From: Gnetum montanum
Lineage: Eukaryota; Plantae; Gnetophyta
Assembly: GCA_015680685.1 (NCBI GenBank)
Contig: MNCI01000406.1
Coordinates: 120,768 to 184,767, forward strand
Direction: 5' to 3'
Length of the DNA stretch: 64,000 nucleotides
Below, in pieces: positions 24,901 through 39,900 of the stretch. The notes under the pieces are model-generated. The model ran no database searches and was not told the origin of the DNA. It worked only from the letters and a program-made list of their open reading frames with translations. Every line of letters begins with the position of its first letter. Within the stretch, counting starts at the first letter, position 1. A program made the translations under genes and the position numbers.

Positions 24901-27900
24901 AGGCATGTTAATCGGTCGCCCTAAGTGCAAGCATTTCAAAAATGTGAAATGAACCCCCTACAACTTCCACATGTTCCCAAACTAAATGAAGAACCTGTCA
25001 ATCAGTTCCACCATGTCCTACTAGAAAGGTGACAGCCAAGATTTGGGCATCTACCCACTCGCAATCCATGGCACAAGCCCAGGAAAAAAGGCCTCCACAT
25101 CTTGTAGGCCTCTACCCATAGGTACAACCACCTCCCCACCAACCTACACCCCAAGAATGTGTGTAATCACCTCCTTAATGAGGCCAATCCTCACCCCCTA
25201 GAAGGTATTGATGTCCATACGCCAATTGTCAAAGAAGGCCTCATCCTGCAAATCTAGGTCCCCCACCAACATCGGGAGGAAATCAGCCCAACCCACACGT
25301 GTGATGAGGCCCCATAGCTCCATCATCTCATGATATCTAGTGCAAGAGGGCTCATAAGTTGGCTTCACTCCCATGCTAATAGTAGCTTCCTACCACAACC
25401 TCAGACCAACCGCAGCCACTTGCATAGGCTGCGAAGGAGGTAAATTCCTGAAGACTAAATGGTTGTGGGACCCACCACAAGCACCAAAGAATGGCCATTA
25501 CTTTGGAGTCCCCATCAACCTTAACAGGTGAGGAGATGTCAACCGCCTACCAAGTGGCGATAGCAAAGGTGTAGTGATAGGTAGAGTGTCTCCGCGTTTC
25601 AATCCTCTGAAAACAAGATGGGCATCTTTCACCAACATTTAACCCTCATGTGGTTAATTCAACCCTCACCAAGAGTGCCCCATGATTTATAAGCCAAAGA
25701 AAAACCTTTAACTTCTCAAGTAGTCACCCATGCCAAATCAACATCCATCCCAACATTGTCAAATATTTATGTTGAATGATAAGGTGGGAAGGGGCCTCCA
25801 TCACACCCTAGTACATCATCCTCAAAGCATGATTACATAGTGACCTCCAAATCAATGAATCATTGCTCCCTACTATCAATTGTTGATACTTATTGTTCAT
25901 AATTCAGATCCACTGCACCTAGGCAGTTCCCGTTTGTATCAACCGATGCCAAAGCTTCTACTGGCCAAGCCTAATACCATCTTCAAAACGTAGGACACCA
26001 AGTCCACCCACCTCTTTAGGTCAAGCAATGATATCCCAATTAACCAAGTGTAGACAGTTGTCCCCTTTGCCCCCACACCAAATAAACCGATGGATAAGCT
26101 GATCCACCTTGGCCACTACATCCTTCGGCAAGAAGGCAACCAATGCCGTGAATACACCCTTTCTTGCTCAAAAACCTAGTCTAGTGTTCAATTCGGCTCT
26201 GCAGTTGCTAAATCAACTTCATCCACACATGCTTCTTGTTCTAGGCAAAAATAGGGAAGTCTAAATATGAGTCGTGCTCCATCCACGGAGTGACCCAACA
26301 CCTGCATAATATGACCCCTGATGTACCCCTTAGTATTCGTAAGATACAACGTCGACTTCGCCTTATTAATTTTGAGCCCAATCTCCCAGGGCATTCTATG
26401 CACAGCTCTATCCATCTCTAGCACCTGCAATACATATGCCTTGATAAAAAGAATGGTGTTGTCGGCGTAATGTTCTGCCAGGCAGTCCACTCCATCAATC
26501 CACAACCCACAAACCCCTTGCATCCAGTAGTAAGTTTGCAAAGTATCCATAACTAGGATAAACAAATAGGGAGACAGAGGGTCCCCTTGTTTAAGGCCCC
26601 TTCCCAACAAGGAAAATCCCTAAAGCTTACCCTCATGATCAAAAGAATAAGTTGTGAACTATTGAATATGAATACAAAGATAAACAAAATCAGGGCAGAA
26701 ACCTTTTTTTGTGTCATTATCTCCCTCAATGCATCCCAACTACCAATGTCATAGGCTTTAGCGATATCCAACTTGAAGCAAAGGCTAGGAAAATGAGTGA
26801 TGTAAAGGGAGTGCAGAATTTCTTGAAACAGAATAACCTGAACCTACAAAAATCAACCACTGACAAAACCAGCCTAGTTGTTACTCACTAGTGCTAGCAT
26901 GAGAGGAGCCAAGCACCGCACTAGCATCTTAGTAAACCGATGTAGTAATGTATTACAGACACCGATGGGACAAAATTGTGAGGAATTAGCGGGTGCCATG
27001 GTTTTTGGTATGAGCACGATTCTAGAACAATTAATCTCTCAATGGACTTGTCGCCATATGAGCATAACATTGAAGGTGTCCAACAAATTCCTACCCAGAA
27101 CATCAACAAACTCCCTAAAAAATTCAATAAGCCACCCATTTGGACCTAGAGCCTTTCCAAGCTTAAGGTTAGCAATGGCTGCCTCCAACTCCCCCCAAGT
27201 GAAAGGTGTGAGCAGCAAACCGTTAGCCTCCTGCGATAGCACTGGATGAATAGGGATCAAAAGAGGAAGCTGATCCCCCATGCCAGACATAAGCTAAGTA
27301 GGAGTGGAAAGCCTGAATGATGGCTTGAGGCTGCACCACCTCCATCTCGTCCTGGATAAGCCAAGTGACCTTTTCCAAAGAGTTGTTCGCCTTCACAGCT
27401 ACGAAGAAAAAAACATGTGGGCTGATCCCCTTCCTTAAGCCAAGTGTTTCTAGATCGCTGCCACCAAGAATCAACCTCCTCCTTATCAAGCCCCTACAAC
27501 TCCACTAGAAGCTATTGCTCCTCTAGCATAAGAGACTTCCCTACCTCTTGTCTTGCCTAAATTTCTAGCAACTTCTTGTGAAGAAGCTACCAGTGCATCC
27601 TAGAAGTGTACTTCTCCTCCTTCTTCTTAGACCAAATCTCCTTCTTCTTAGACCAAATCTCCTTCTTCAGGATATTAGCACCATTTTTAAGGAAGTCATG
27701 AGGGTCCCCCTCTGTAAAGTACTCATCCCAGATCCTAGACATAATTGGTCTTAACTAAATCTTCTAGAGCCCAATCCTCTCAAATTTGAACTAAGATGAA
27801 GTAGGGATTGGCTGATCCCAAACCTAACAAATCAGAGAGTGGTGGTCAAAAGCGTGTCGCTCTTTCCCCATGACCTAGACCTCTTGCTGCAACAGGAGTG

Positions 27901-30900
27901 TTGAGCTAACCCAAACTCTGTCAATACAAGACATGACCCAATCTCTGCCCTATCACCTATTGCTCCACATGAACAGGCAACCCCCAACATCCATATCCAC
28001 CAGATCATTCTATTGGAGAAAAGACATGAATTGCTCACTTCTCAAAGGAGAAGCAAGGTTGCCACCTATCTTTTCCCATGCATGTAGTCGTTGATTGAAA
28101 TCCCCAACCAGGATCCACCGCCATCAATTAGGAATGATGCCCGCAAGCTGCTGGAGCTCTATTAGCCATCCCTCCCAATCCTAAGCTCCATTGTAGTTTG
28201 TAAGCCAATATCTTTTAGAAGGCAGCCAAACTGAAATACTCCAGTCCAAGGAATCCAAAAGTGAAATGACACTTTGAAAAGAATGGCCAAACCACCCGCC
28301 CTACCACAGCTCGCCACCAGGTGCATTTGCCACCCATCCCAATGCAGTAGCCTAGATTCTCTTTGCTGCAACTTTGTTTCATGCAAACACACCACATCAC
28401 ATTGTTCTCTACATACAATCTCCTTCAGGGTTTGTCATTTATAGGGGGTAGCCTAACCTTTGTAATTCCAAGACATTATCTCCATGGTCTACTTGTAGAC
28501 TGCTTCCTATAGACCTCTTTCAAGGTCGATTGTATTCCAAAATCTATTTCCAGTTGCATCTACCTATTGCAAACCAATGACATAGGTGATTGACCAATCT
28601 TCCCAACTTCTACAAAGACCTAGAACCCCCATCCATCTCAATAGTTGGCATCCTTGCATTCATGAAGACCTAGAGCCCCCCGTCCATCTCAACAGTTGGT
28701 AGGGGCACCTCCCTCAAGCTAGATTTAGTGAAACCACACACCATCGACACCCATCCCCAAGCAAGGGAAACTCTTTCCCACTTGCAATCCAAAGGCATGG
28801 AGAAACCCTCCTCTAGTAATATCCTAGGACTCATCGGCGACGACATCATGGAACCCCCCACCAAGTTCACACCCTCATGTTGGCCCTCGAAATCAACAAC
28901 ACTAGGAACACTCGAAGGCCTTGTGGCCCCCTGTGCTAGTTCTGCACTGGTCCCAGGCCCAAGCACCCCTTGGTGTCCCTATGGCCATGACACTTAACTT
29001 TTGTCCACCCATCCTTTTTAGCAAGGTGTTTGCTTTTATTTGACATGCCACCCGTAAGATGCCTAGGCTTCCCACAGACCATGCAATAATGTTGACTTGC
29101 AACAAGTATCGCCAAATCTATATCGTTCAAAAGGTTCTCATACTCCACTTGGGTATGCTCCTCCCCCGAAGGAAGATCCAAAATGACCTCTTTGACTAGG
29201 TCCTTTGGGGAAAGGGGCCACCAAACACAGAATCTAGCAAAACCCATATGTTCCATCGAAGAGGTGTATTTATCCAAGGCAATGAATTCACCGAAAAAAG
29301 CCACCAAGGACTTCAAGAAGGTTAGTGTCCAAAGCTCCAAAGGAACACCTGAAGCCCTATTCCAAATTGGTGCCTGAGAGAAAAGGTTAGTGTCCCTATG
29401 TGCCCTTGGCCGCCAAGGCATCAAGGCTAGGCCTCTGCACCAAAGAACCACAAACCCCTAGGGAGCACCCGATTCCTATCTTCAATACACTAAAACATAA
29501 AGAAAAAGAGATCTTCAATGAGGCTCCACACGTTGATATTTCCCAAATTCCATGTGGCAACAGCCCACTTCTAGATAAGTTCCATCTTTGGGTGCATGCC
29601 ACTCAACACAAAGTGACCACCCAAGCTTCGCTCAACTATACTAATGCCCTCTAAAGGAAGCTGTGTAACCTCCAATCTCAAGGATCCCTCAGCCCAAGAA
29701 GCTTTCCCAAAAACACTAGGTGCTCCATAATGTTTTTTATTAAAGATGTAGGAAAAGCTTAGTGCCTACTATAATTTTTAGAACCCCAAGGTCAATCATT
29801 GAAGACCAAAAGAGTTGAAGCATAACTTCATTTGATGTAAAAACAATGGAATCAAATGTTTGCAAATGTATAGCAGGAAGATATCTGTAGGCCCTAAGAA
29901 AACAAGAGTTTGGAACTCTTCTTTGCCTCTCTATTCTCCATATTTAACCAATCCATCCCTCAACTAATTATCTAGAACAGCTCCATAGTCCTTGCTGGTG
30001 ATCTCATTATTCAAATAATTCAAGGGCTAGCAAAGCAAGTCAAGATGTTACAAACAGAAATGGAAGGCAACACTATCCAACCGATAGACCTTTTCAAAGA
30101 TGATCCAACTAACACTTCAATACCACCAATTAGTTTTCCAAAAGGGCTTATCGTTTTGATTTTCACCAAGTGCAATGAAAGAGACAATCCAAACAATTAT
30201 CTTGTTATAAACAGGAATGCATGCTTAGTGTTGCATCCTATGTCACAAGCTATACTGTGTGTCTTCCCTACATTATAAACCGGCAAAGCGTAGGACTGGT
30301 ATCAAAGCTTACCTCATGGATCAATTTTGAGTCCAAAAGAAGTCACTAATCTTTTTGCCAATAGGTTTTATTACAGCATTCACAAAGACACTATGCTTAA
30401 CAATTTATCACAAGTAATCAAGCACTCAATAAGTGAATAGATACAATTGTCCTTAATAAATTGCCATAACCTCTTCACAAAAAACGTCTGCCCACTTTGT
30501 TTAATAATGTAGTCAATTACTTTATTAAGTCAAGATTTTCCTATGTCATATCTCAAAAATTAAATCATGATATCATTAACGAAAATAATAAGCCCCAAGA
30601 TCAAAAAGAAAATGATGAGCATGCTGCTACCACGTCCATAGTGAAACTGAAATATCAAAGTACATCAAGTCAAACATTCTTTCAAAATCAACAGCAATGA
30701 CAAGGAAAAACCAGCTCCAAAACTAAGATCATATGATATTTGACCCTTGTACATTCTTCGTAATTTCCCTCATCTTTTCATTAAGGTTAAAAAATACCAA
30801 AAGTGAGAAGAATTTCAAAAAGATTTTCATTTTCTTTCATTTCTTTTGAGTCATCTTCTTGAACATGAAATGTTTAAAATTACCCAAAAATATTTGCTAA

Positions 30901-33900
30901 ATTCAAATTATAAGAAAAAAATAAACTATAAGAAAATAAATTCAATCAATGGGCTTATTGATTAGCTAATATCTATGTCTTCATTCAATTAAAAGGAATC
31001 AATTATCAATTGAAGATATTGAGAGCAATGAAACAAACAAACTTGTCAGTGTGTGATCAATAAACATAGTAAGATTTTAAGGTTGTCACATTACATATGT
31101 CAATGTATGTATACATCTATCTTACAGCATCACTAATGCAACCAGTACCAGGCAAAGAAACAAGGTGAGAATCAAAGTTCTTACATCAGCCCACTCTATT
31201 CATCAATTTCCAAACAGAAGGCAGGTGGTGAATAATTAGTAAGATAATGGTTGAAATTAACCTAGTCCAATAGATCCATAGGATCTCCACATAGACATAA
31301 CAAAAGCAATTCAGTTTCAATTTCATAAATAGCAATCATCAATCAATTAATAAACAAGCCAATGAAACAATCACGCAGTCAAGAGATGGAACAGTCAAGA
31401 TCATTCTTCTTGATGACTGATTCCCATCATCCCCATGAACCTTTCATCACGTTGTTTATGAAACTCAAACCTAGGTTTACAGTAATCCCAGAAAAAATTT
31501 CTTTCCATTTCTTCTGTATTTTTAAATTGGTTGTTATTTATTTAAAAAAAACTGAAATCACTAAACTGAAAGATTTGTATCGTATGCACTTACAACTAAG
31601 TCATCTCCTTAAAGAGTGGCTTAGCTTCAAAGAGTGCATTCCTGTATCTTTGAATTTTATGCAGTTCATCGAACCTATCTGGCTATTACCATTGCTTAAA
31701 AATGCATTAAACTGTCATTTATCTTTCCTATAATTGAGCTATTTTTTTATCATATTACTGCAAAGATTACAACGTTTCTTTTTATCTGGACCACACTATT
31801 TTTCTGGTGTGCAATTGTAGTTTATTTAGATCATAGTCATAAAGTTCATATCAATTTTCTAAGCTACTCTTACAATAGTACTATCTATCTGCCTCGTACT
31901 ATTAAAGATCATAATGCTTTTCTTCCTTACAGTTACAATCATCCTGTCTTTTTGGATCATATTATTAAAGATACTATTGCATTTACTGTTAAGTCATTTT
32001 ATCTCAAAATTCTGGTCATCTTGATCCATCACTAATTTCTAAAGATATTAATCAAATACAACATATGTAGTTAACAAGATCCTTCTTCAATTTCAACTGT
32101 AAGACCATTCAAGGCTACTTAATTTACATGATGAAGTATGATATGGAACTACAAAATTGAATCATTAGTCACTATATTTTTGAAAAAAATATTAAATACA
32201 ATCTATAAGGTTAACAAAAGTCCTCCTTCAACTATAAGTGTGAAACCATTCAAAAATGCTTTATTCCCAAATCCATACAGGTACGAAACATAGCCAGGAA
32301 ATTTTCAACACTACAGGTAGGACCAACTTCCAAATTTATGGTGACTTTGGCATAACATATAATAAGCCTTGATCATTTACCTTGCAGCATTCTTCTCATG
32401 TTTCTTCAAGTACTTGCCATTTCTCTAATTTTGTCTTAATTTTTAGTACTCTTTGCTACAGCACTGCAGTTGAAAGAAATTAAGAGTGGAAAACCTTAAA
32501 TATAAACCTTCCACATTGCTTAAAATCTTTAGTGAGGGAAATAGGACAGAAGTAACACAAAATATATGAAATGCAATTTCAATAACAGCATAAACAGTGG
32601 TAAAATAGAAGTGACAATTCAAGGCCAAAAGGTCTCACAACGCACAAGTCACTCACTATAAACAAGTCCGCTAGATAGGATCAATCCTCCAATCATATGG
32701 TGAAAATGATAAAGATATAAGATATAGAATTGAGCCAGGATGGTCAAAATGGAGACATGCTAGTAGTCTTATATGTGATAAAAGAACACTAATAAAACTA
32801 AAGGGAAAATTTTATAACACAACAATCAAGCCTACCATTTTATATGGTGTTGAATGTTGGGCAGTACAAAAGAGGCATGAACAACAAATTAGTATGACAA
32901 AAATGTGAACGCTTAGATGGATGTTGAATGTTACCAAAGATATAAACTACATAATACAAATAGATATTAGAGGAAGACTTTTTTTTTTTTTTTTTGAGAA
33001 AATATTCAGGATTATATTACTGANNNNNNNNNNNNNNNNNNNNNNNNNNNNNNNNNNNNNNNNNNNNNNNNNNNNNNNNNNNNNNNNNNNNNNNNNNNNN
33101 NNNNNNNNNNNNNNNNNNNNNNNNNNNNNNNNNNNNNNNNNNNNNNNNNNNNNNNNNNNNNNNNNNNNNNNNNNNNNNNNNNNNNNNNNNNNNNNNNNNN
33201 NNNNNNNNNNNNNNNNNNNNNNNNNNNNNNNNNNNNNNNNNNNNNNNNNNNNNNNNNNNNNNNNNNNNNNNNNNNNNNNNTGGAGAAGATCCAGGGTGTT
33301 TCGGTGGTCTTCGGTGTCCATGAAACTGGCCGCCTGCTGGATACCCTGCATGGCCGACTCCTGCCTGTTCCGGTCCGCCGGCGAGGCACCCCCATCAGGA
33401 TGAAATCGCACCGAGGTTCGACGGATATGGCACCTGAGCTCACCCCAAGAGCTCTCGCAACTAATGCCAAGGATGAGGTACGGGCACCGCCCCCCTCTGA
33501 GCCACTGTCGGGCATTGTGCTCGTGAGCCCGATCGAGCTGCCGTTGCCATTGCTCCTCCTCCTCCTGAAATCGTTCCTACTCCGCCCGCTCTGCTTGCAC
33601 ATGTTCTCTTTGGGCCGCGTCCTCTTGAATCAGTTATAGAAAGACTTGGAGTACCTTCTATTTAAAATAAGTTATAGAAATGGAAGTTTAGAAGTTTTGG
33701 GCATGTGTAAAGAAGATAAGACAATGAGCCTATAAAAAAAGGTTATTACATCACTATTCTAGCAAAGCCACCAAAAGCAAGACCAAAAAAGATACAAAAA
33801 AAATGATCGAAGATGATTTGAAGAAACTACGAATAAACAAAGATCTAACTCTTCATAGAGGTAAATGGTGAAAAAGAACTCATATAGTAAACCCCATTTT

Positions 33901-36900
33901 ATTGAGACAAGGCTAGGATGATAATGAATGATTTGTTAGCAAATTAATAGTCATAATTAAAACAACCAAGTCAATCTCATACTCATTTATGGTAAATAGC
34001 CTTCAAGCAAGTGGGCTCACTTATCCCTAATACCAACCCATTCCTAAACTTGAAATACAACTGTTAAATCTTGCTAGTTTCACACTCGCATATTCAAATC
34101 CCATTCTACAAATCAAATTCTCTTTACCACCGTTTATTGCCTACCATCATTGACTTTTCAGCTTGAAATATATTTTCACCTAATCAACTTTCTTTTTAGT
34201 TATGAAAATAAGTTGTCATCTATGAATTTCCATATCTCCCAATCTCTCCCTCAACTAGCTTCAGTTAGCTAAAAGTAACTGAGAATACCTCAAGAAGTAT
34301 AAACTCCAAGCTGCTAAGCAGCAACCTAGAGAGAAAGAGAGAGAGAAAGTCTCATCTGAATGAGATAGAATGAAAAATAAGATTTTCATCATTTGTGGAT
34401 TTTTATCTTGTAGCCAATTTTTATGTCATAATGTGCCAATTAGCATGATAATCGAACAGAAGGAAAAGAAAACAGGTCGGCACAAAATAAGCAATGTAAC
34501 ACAGCAATATACTTACATGACGATCTAGCAAAATAAGTGTGTTGATTTCTGAACTCCCTCCCTGAATAAGAAACAATGGTAAAAATACAGATAGACTGAT
34601 ACCTGTTATAAATAATGACATCAAAGCTATAATGGTTTGACTCAAAAACTGCACAATTACGTTGTTTGAAACTATAGGTTGTTCTTGCTGCATCCGATTA
34701 AGAATATCTGCAACATTAACTGCTGACTTGCCCTTTGCCCTCACATTTGGTATGACACCAAAGCTCGACTAAAACATAAAATTGCAGATGTTATAGTAAT
34801 GCATCAATTTTTGGTGACAGCATAACGCTAGAAATGCATTTAAAAATTACAAAACGTTTCAGATGATTTCATTAATAATACAAAGAAATTAAATCAACGT
34901 TACAACTGCAACAAGAAGACATACTACAAACATCAGCAAAATGAGGGAAATTCAGATGCAAACAATGCTAAAATTAAATTTTTGATCAAAATCAAAAAGC
35001 CCCCAGTAAAATTGATACTGCATAGTAAGATAAGTTGTAACATCAAGACCTTTAAAGAAAGAGATTATTGACTTCTTGGGTAAAACCAACCTAATAAAAT
35101 GCAGAGCAGAAAGAAACTATGGAAAAATGTTACATTTGAAATGCATGTATTCAATGTTATCTTTAACAAAAAGAAGTGACATATGACTTCATGTTTTGAT
35201 GCATTTTTATGTTATAAGTATGAAGCTAAATCTTGTAGCTCTATTATTTAACTGGTAAATATGGTATTTTTGTAAAGGATGAGTAATTATAAGTTAATGG
35301 GTTCTTTCTAGATGATCCTGGGTGGTCCATTTTTAATCTAAAAGTGCTTTGGTGACATGTTCTACATTGTTGAGATCCTTCTGGAAGGATCACTTCCAGA
35401 TGTTTTTAGATTAAAGTCTGTAATATAGCTTTGGTTATTTAAGGGTTGGACCTCTTGATCATTGTATGCAAGCACCTCATTTGGATCCACTGAACAATAA
35501 AAGCTGAGGTTACACTTATGCAGGCTCTCTATTCTGGAGGGTGTTACCGCATAAATCCTATGTTTCTTATTTTCTGTTTTGCATCAGCTACTGTTATAGT
35601 TCTGGTTTCGGTTTTCAACTTCATTTATTATTTTCAGCATTTTTCAGTTGTATTCTCTCGCATGTTGTGTTGTGCATGGGCACAACTGTGCTGTTTTTCA
35701 TCCAACGTTTTGATTTTTCCTCAACTGGTAACCAAGTAAAGCAACTATTTGCTGATAATAGAGTTAATGCCCTTAATCACAATATAATTGATTGCTTGTT
35801 GGTCAAATAAGCAATTTTTTTCTTTTTTAAATAAATATCTGCAGATCAGATTGTAAAAGCAAAAGTTTGATGATCATGTTATTAGTCTCTCTTAAAACAC
35901 TTCCCAGATTCAGATTATTTAATTTGGTAATCTACTATCTAGTCGTACAGATGGTGAAACTGATGGTAGCCTGCGCAACTTCCTAAAATTGTCACCGTAT
36001 TAATAAAATTAACAGAAAGCAAGTTTCCATCATACCCTTCCTTTAATATATATCTTTCCTCTACTGTTTTCTGTTAAATTTTCCCTATGGAATGGCAAAT
36101 GAATATAAGATGCTAAAAAAACTAAACTAGACACTTTAAAAAGCTATTTCCAGCAACACTTTATTTGTCCAAAAATCTCCGATAGAAGTAAAACTATGCT
36201 CTTTTCTCCATTTACAAAATTCAAAAAAGTCGGATCTGGCAATTAGAAGGGACAACATATAGTAATTAAATCCCAAAACCATTTCCTACATAAAGAGGAA
36301 CTATTAATTGCAGGGAAACAGCTACTTTATCATTTATAATTTCTAAAATGTTTGCTACATAGAATGCTTTATAACCACATTGCATCTAATTAAGTTTTGC
36401 ATTTATAGACCTGCAAATTAAGCGCATTTAAATTCTTTACCCTGAATTATACAAATCACAACAGATACACAAACCATTTTATACAATAATGAGATTGCTA
36501 AGTAATATAATTTTCTTCATTGAATCTAGAAAAGTACAATACTTGCAAAGACCAACTTAAAAGAACTATACATTTAAGGGGAACTCTTAAGGATACAAAC
36601 CTGAAGTTTGTATAAAGCTTTGGCCACATGCCAGAGTGAACTTGTATCACCATCAACACAGCATTCCTATTAGTGCAATATTATCATTGATAACCAGAGA
36701 TAACGGAACTCCCATAGGAAAAGAAACCAGAAACTAAAAACCCTACCTTATAACTAAGCTCCAATTCAAATGACAGTATATCTTCATCTGTAGGAACCAT
36801 GTATAATGGGTACTCGCCAATAGTCACCATATCATGAACCTTCTCTTCTGCAAGGACCTACAAAAGCATCATAAGCTGATAATTCATCTTCAGAAGTGAC

Positions 36901-39900
36901 AGTCATTTGCTGATTAGTTTTACATTTTAAAAAATTATTAAAATTGTGTACACCTGTAAGACAGCAATGGACATGCTCTGTACAGTTCAAACTGAATAAA
37001 CCTGATATATTAAAATGGAGAAGAACTCTAGGAATTACTAACTTGTAACAATCAATTTACAATACAAATGTCCCTAACACTAATAATATTACTAATAATG
37101 CCTTTTTTAGAATTAATTTTAATTATGATAGGTATATCATCGTCATCATCCTAGCCTTGTCTCAATAATATGGGGTCAGCTACATAAATTCTCTTCACCA
37201 TGTGCCTCTATCAAGGGCTAAAACAATTATGACAGATAAGTGAAACTAATAAATATAGAAAAACAAAATTCAATTATTAATATATATTTATCCATGGACA
37301 TGGACTTTAAATTTGATTTACTTATCAATGTATGCATCCAAAAGACAACTCCAATAAGCGATTTTAAGCAAATTAGAAAACCTGTCTCATTTCATCATAA
37401 GCTACATTAACAACTCTTTTACTCCATGGTCAAGCTTAACTTTACTTGATTGAAACTTCAATAGTTTTACTAACACTTGCCCCAAATTCATTGATTCTAT
37501 GACCTTTTCCATTGCATTCTGTAGTGCTTCACATTTGTATATCAAATACTCTATCAAATATTTAGACTTGAAATTATTTTGAAGCCTATCATTGGAATAG
37601 ATAATAATGCCAACGATAATAGCCACTCAACTTTTCTAGAAATCTCTAGGCAATTGGAGAATATGGCTAGGTTCAATGAACCTTGGGTTAGCTTGATAGC
37701 AACCACAAGTATAAATTGAGATGAAGGTTAATGGAATTGAATGACTACGCATTCGCCCCAACTTGGTGGGCCTGGGGACTTGCTTTCAACCTCTCCCCTT
37801 TCATTATGGCTTCAAATTTGTGGTTAGTTTTGTTTCCAACGTGCTAATTTTTGTTTCCAATTGTAGAATCTGTTATTGTTAATAAGCCCTAATATTAGCA
37901 TCAGAGCTTGCAGAACTGAATAGCATGTTAGATGTAGCCGAATAGTGCTATTGGAGCACAACGAGAAAGAGGCTACAGAAAATAAGCCTGAAGAAACAAA
38001 TAAAACAAAAGGACATGCTACACTAATGTTTGTCTGTTTAAATTCACAAACAAACTTATCTGAAAATTCTGACAATGTATAGATTTCAGATAGTGGTGCT
38101 TCTATTCATATGTGTCCAAATCATAGATAGTTTACTTTATATAATGAATATTCATCGCATACTATTCATGTTGGAGATAACAGTAAGTTTCAGGTGCGTG
38201 GTATTGGACCTGTTGTGATAAAACAATAGGATGGACAACATCTTACTATTACAGGTATTCAACATGTTCCAGAAATTACAAAAACTTCTTTTCTTTTTCT
38301 ACTAGCACATGGAAAATCAGAAAAGAAGCAATAACTCTACCCAGTAGAACAAAGGAGGGTTCCTTGTACATTTTGCATGCTATTATCATCAGAAAACTAG
38401 GAGGGTTGCTGCTACTCCTACAAAAAAAAAAATGTTAATGTGTGGCATAGATACTTAGGACATATTCGGCAGATCGGGTTATAGGTACTGTAGCCTAAAT
38501 CTCTTATTCTCGTTTCTAGTTTTGTAATCCTGGATTTTTGTAGGGATTGTGAAGTTGGTAAATCTAGGCAAGTTAATTTACAAAGAAATAAATATCATAG
38601 CAAGCTAGATTTCATTCATTCATATATGGTTGGTCCTGTTACTCTATTATCTCTTAGTGGTTCACAGTATTTTGTTACATGATTATAGTTCTAAAATTTT
38701 AGTACGTCCAACTAAATCAAAGGATATGGTGTGAGGTGTTTTTAAGTGATTTGTTGCACTAGTGGAAACATATACAAGATTGAAAATTAAAAAATTTTAT
38801 TTCAAATAATGGATGGTAATACATCTCAGGTAACTTTTCTTACTTTTGTTTTGCAAAAGGAATAATTCATATATGCATACTACCCAAAAACACCACCAAA
38901 AAATGGAGTGGCAGAGAGGTGTAACAAATCATTATTAGAATGTGCTAGGAGTATGGTGACTAAAGAAAATTTACCAAAAACATTTTGGGCTTAAGCAATA
39001 AGCATCGTTGCATATCTTATTAACAGGTCACCTTTTTCAACTCTAGATGGTAAAACTCTAGAGATTGTATAGAGGGAAAAGGAGATCTCTTATAAGCACC
39101 TTCTAATTTTTGGCTGTAAAGCATATGTTCATGTGCATTTTAGTTGGATATGATAACAATCTTGCCTCTACATTTTGGGATCCTATTTCCAAGACAAGTA
39201 GTCAAATCTAGAGATGTAACCTTTAAAGAAGATTCTTTCTTGTACCCCAAGTAGGTTGAGAATCAAGTTAGGAAATAGTCTAATCCAAATGGTCCATAGA
39301 ATAAGTCCAAGAGATGTCCATATGACAGTTATGATGATCAACAACATGAAGCTATTGATGAGGACAAGACACCAATTTCACAATCTATATTAAATGATAA
39401 TGAAAATGAAGAACAAGAAGGGCATAGAACAAAAAGTGAAGAATTGGTTAAAAGTGAAGACAATGAAGTTCAAAACAACACTCCTTTGCATTGGGTAACG
39501 AAGTCTACACATGCAGCAAAGTAGCCTAACAGGTATTCTTCTTCTTTAAATTAAACATTGTTTACTGAGTGTGGAGAATCATAGACTTTTGCAGAAGCTA
39601 AACCATGTCCAAATGTACACAAATGGGATGCAACTATGAAAGCATAGTGGTGATCCTTAAAGAAAAATCATACATGGGATTTAGTGCCTTTGCCCAAGGG
39701 AAGTAAAGCTCTAAGCAACCACTGGATTTATAGATTTAAGGCTGATTCAAATGATTAGAAAATTTACAAGGAAAGACTGGTGATAAAAGGGTTTGCACAG
39801 AAACCTAGTATTGATTTTACAGAAAAAATTTTCACCAATTGTTAAACATTCCTGAATTAGAATTATTTATCTTTGGTTGCTTGCTTGGATTTGGTTAGTT

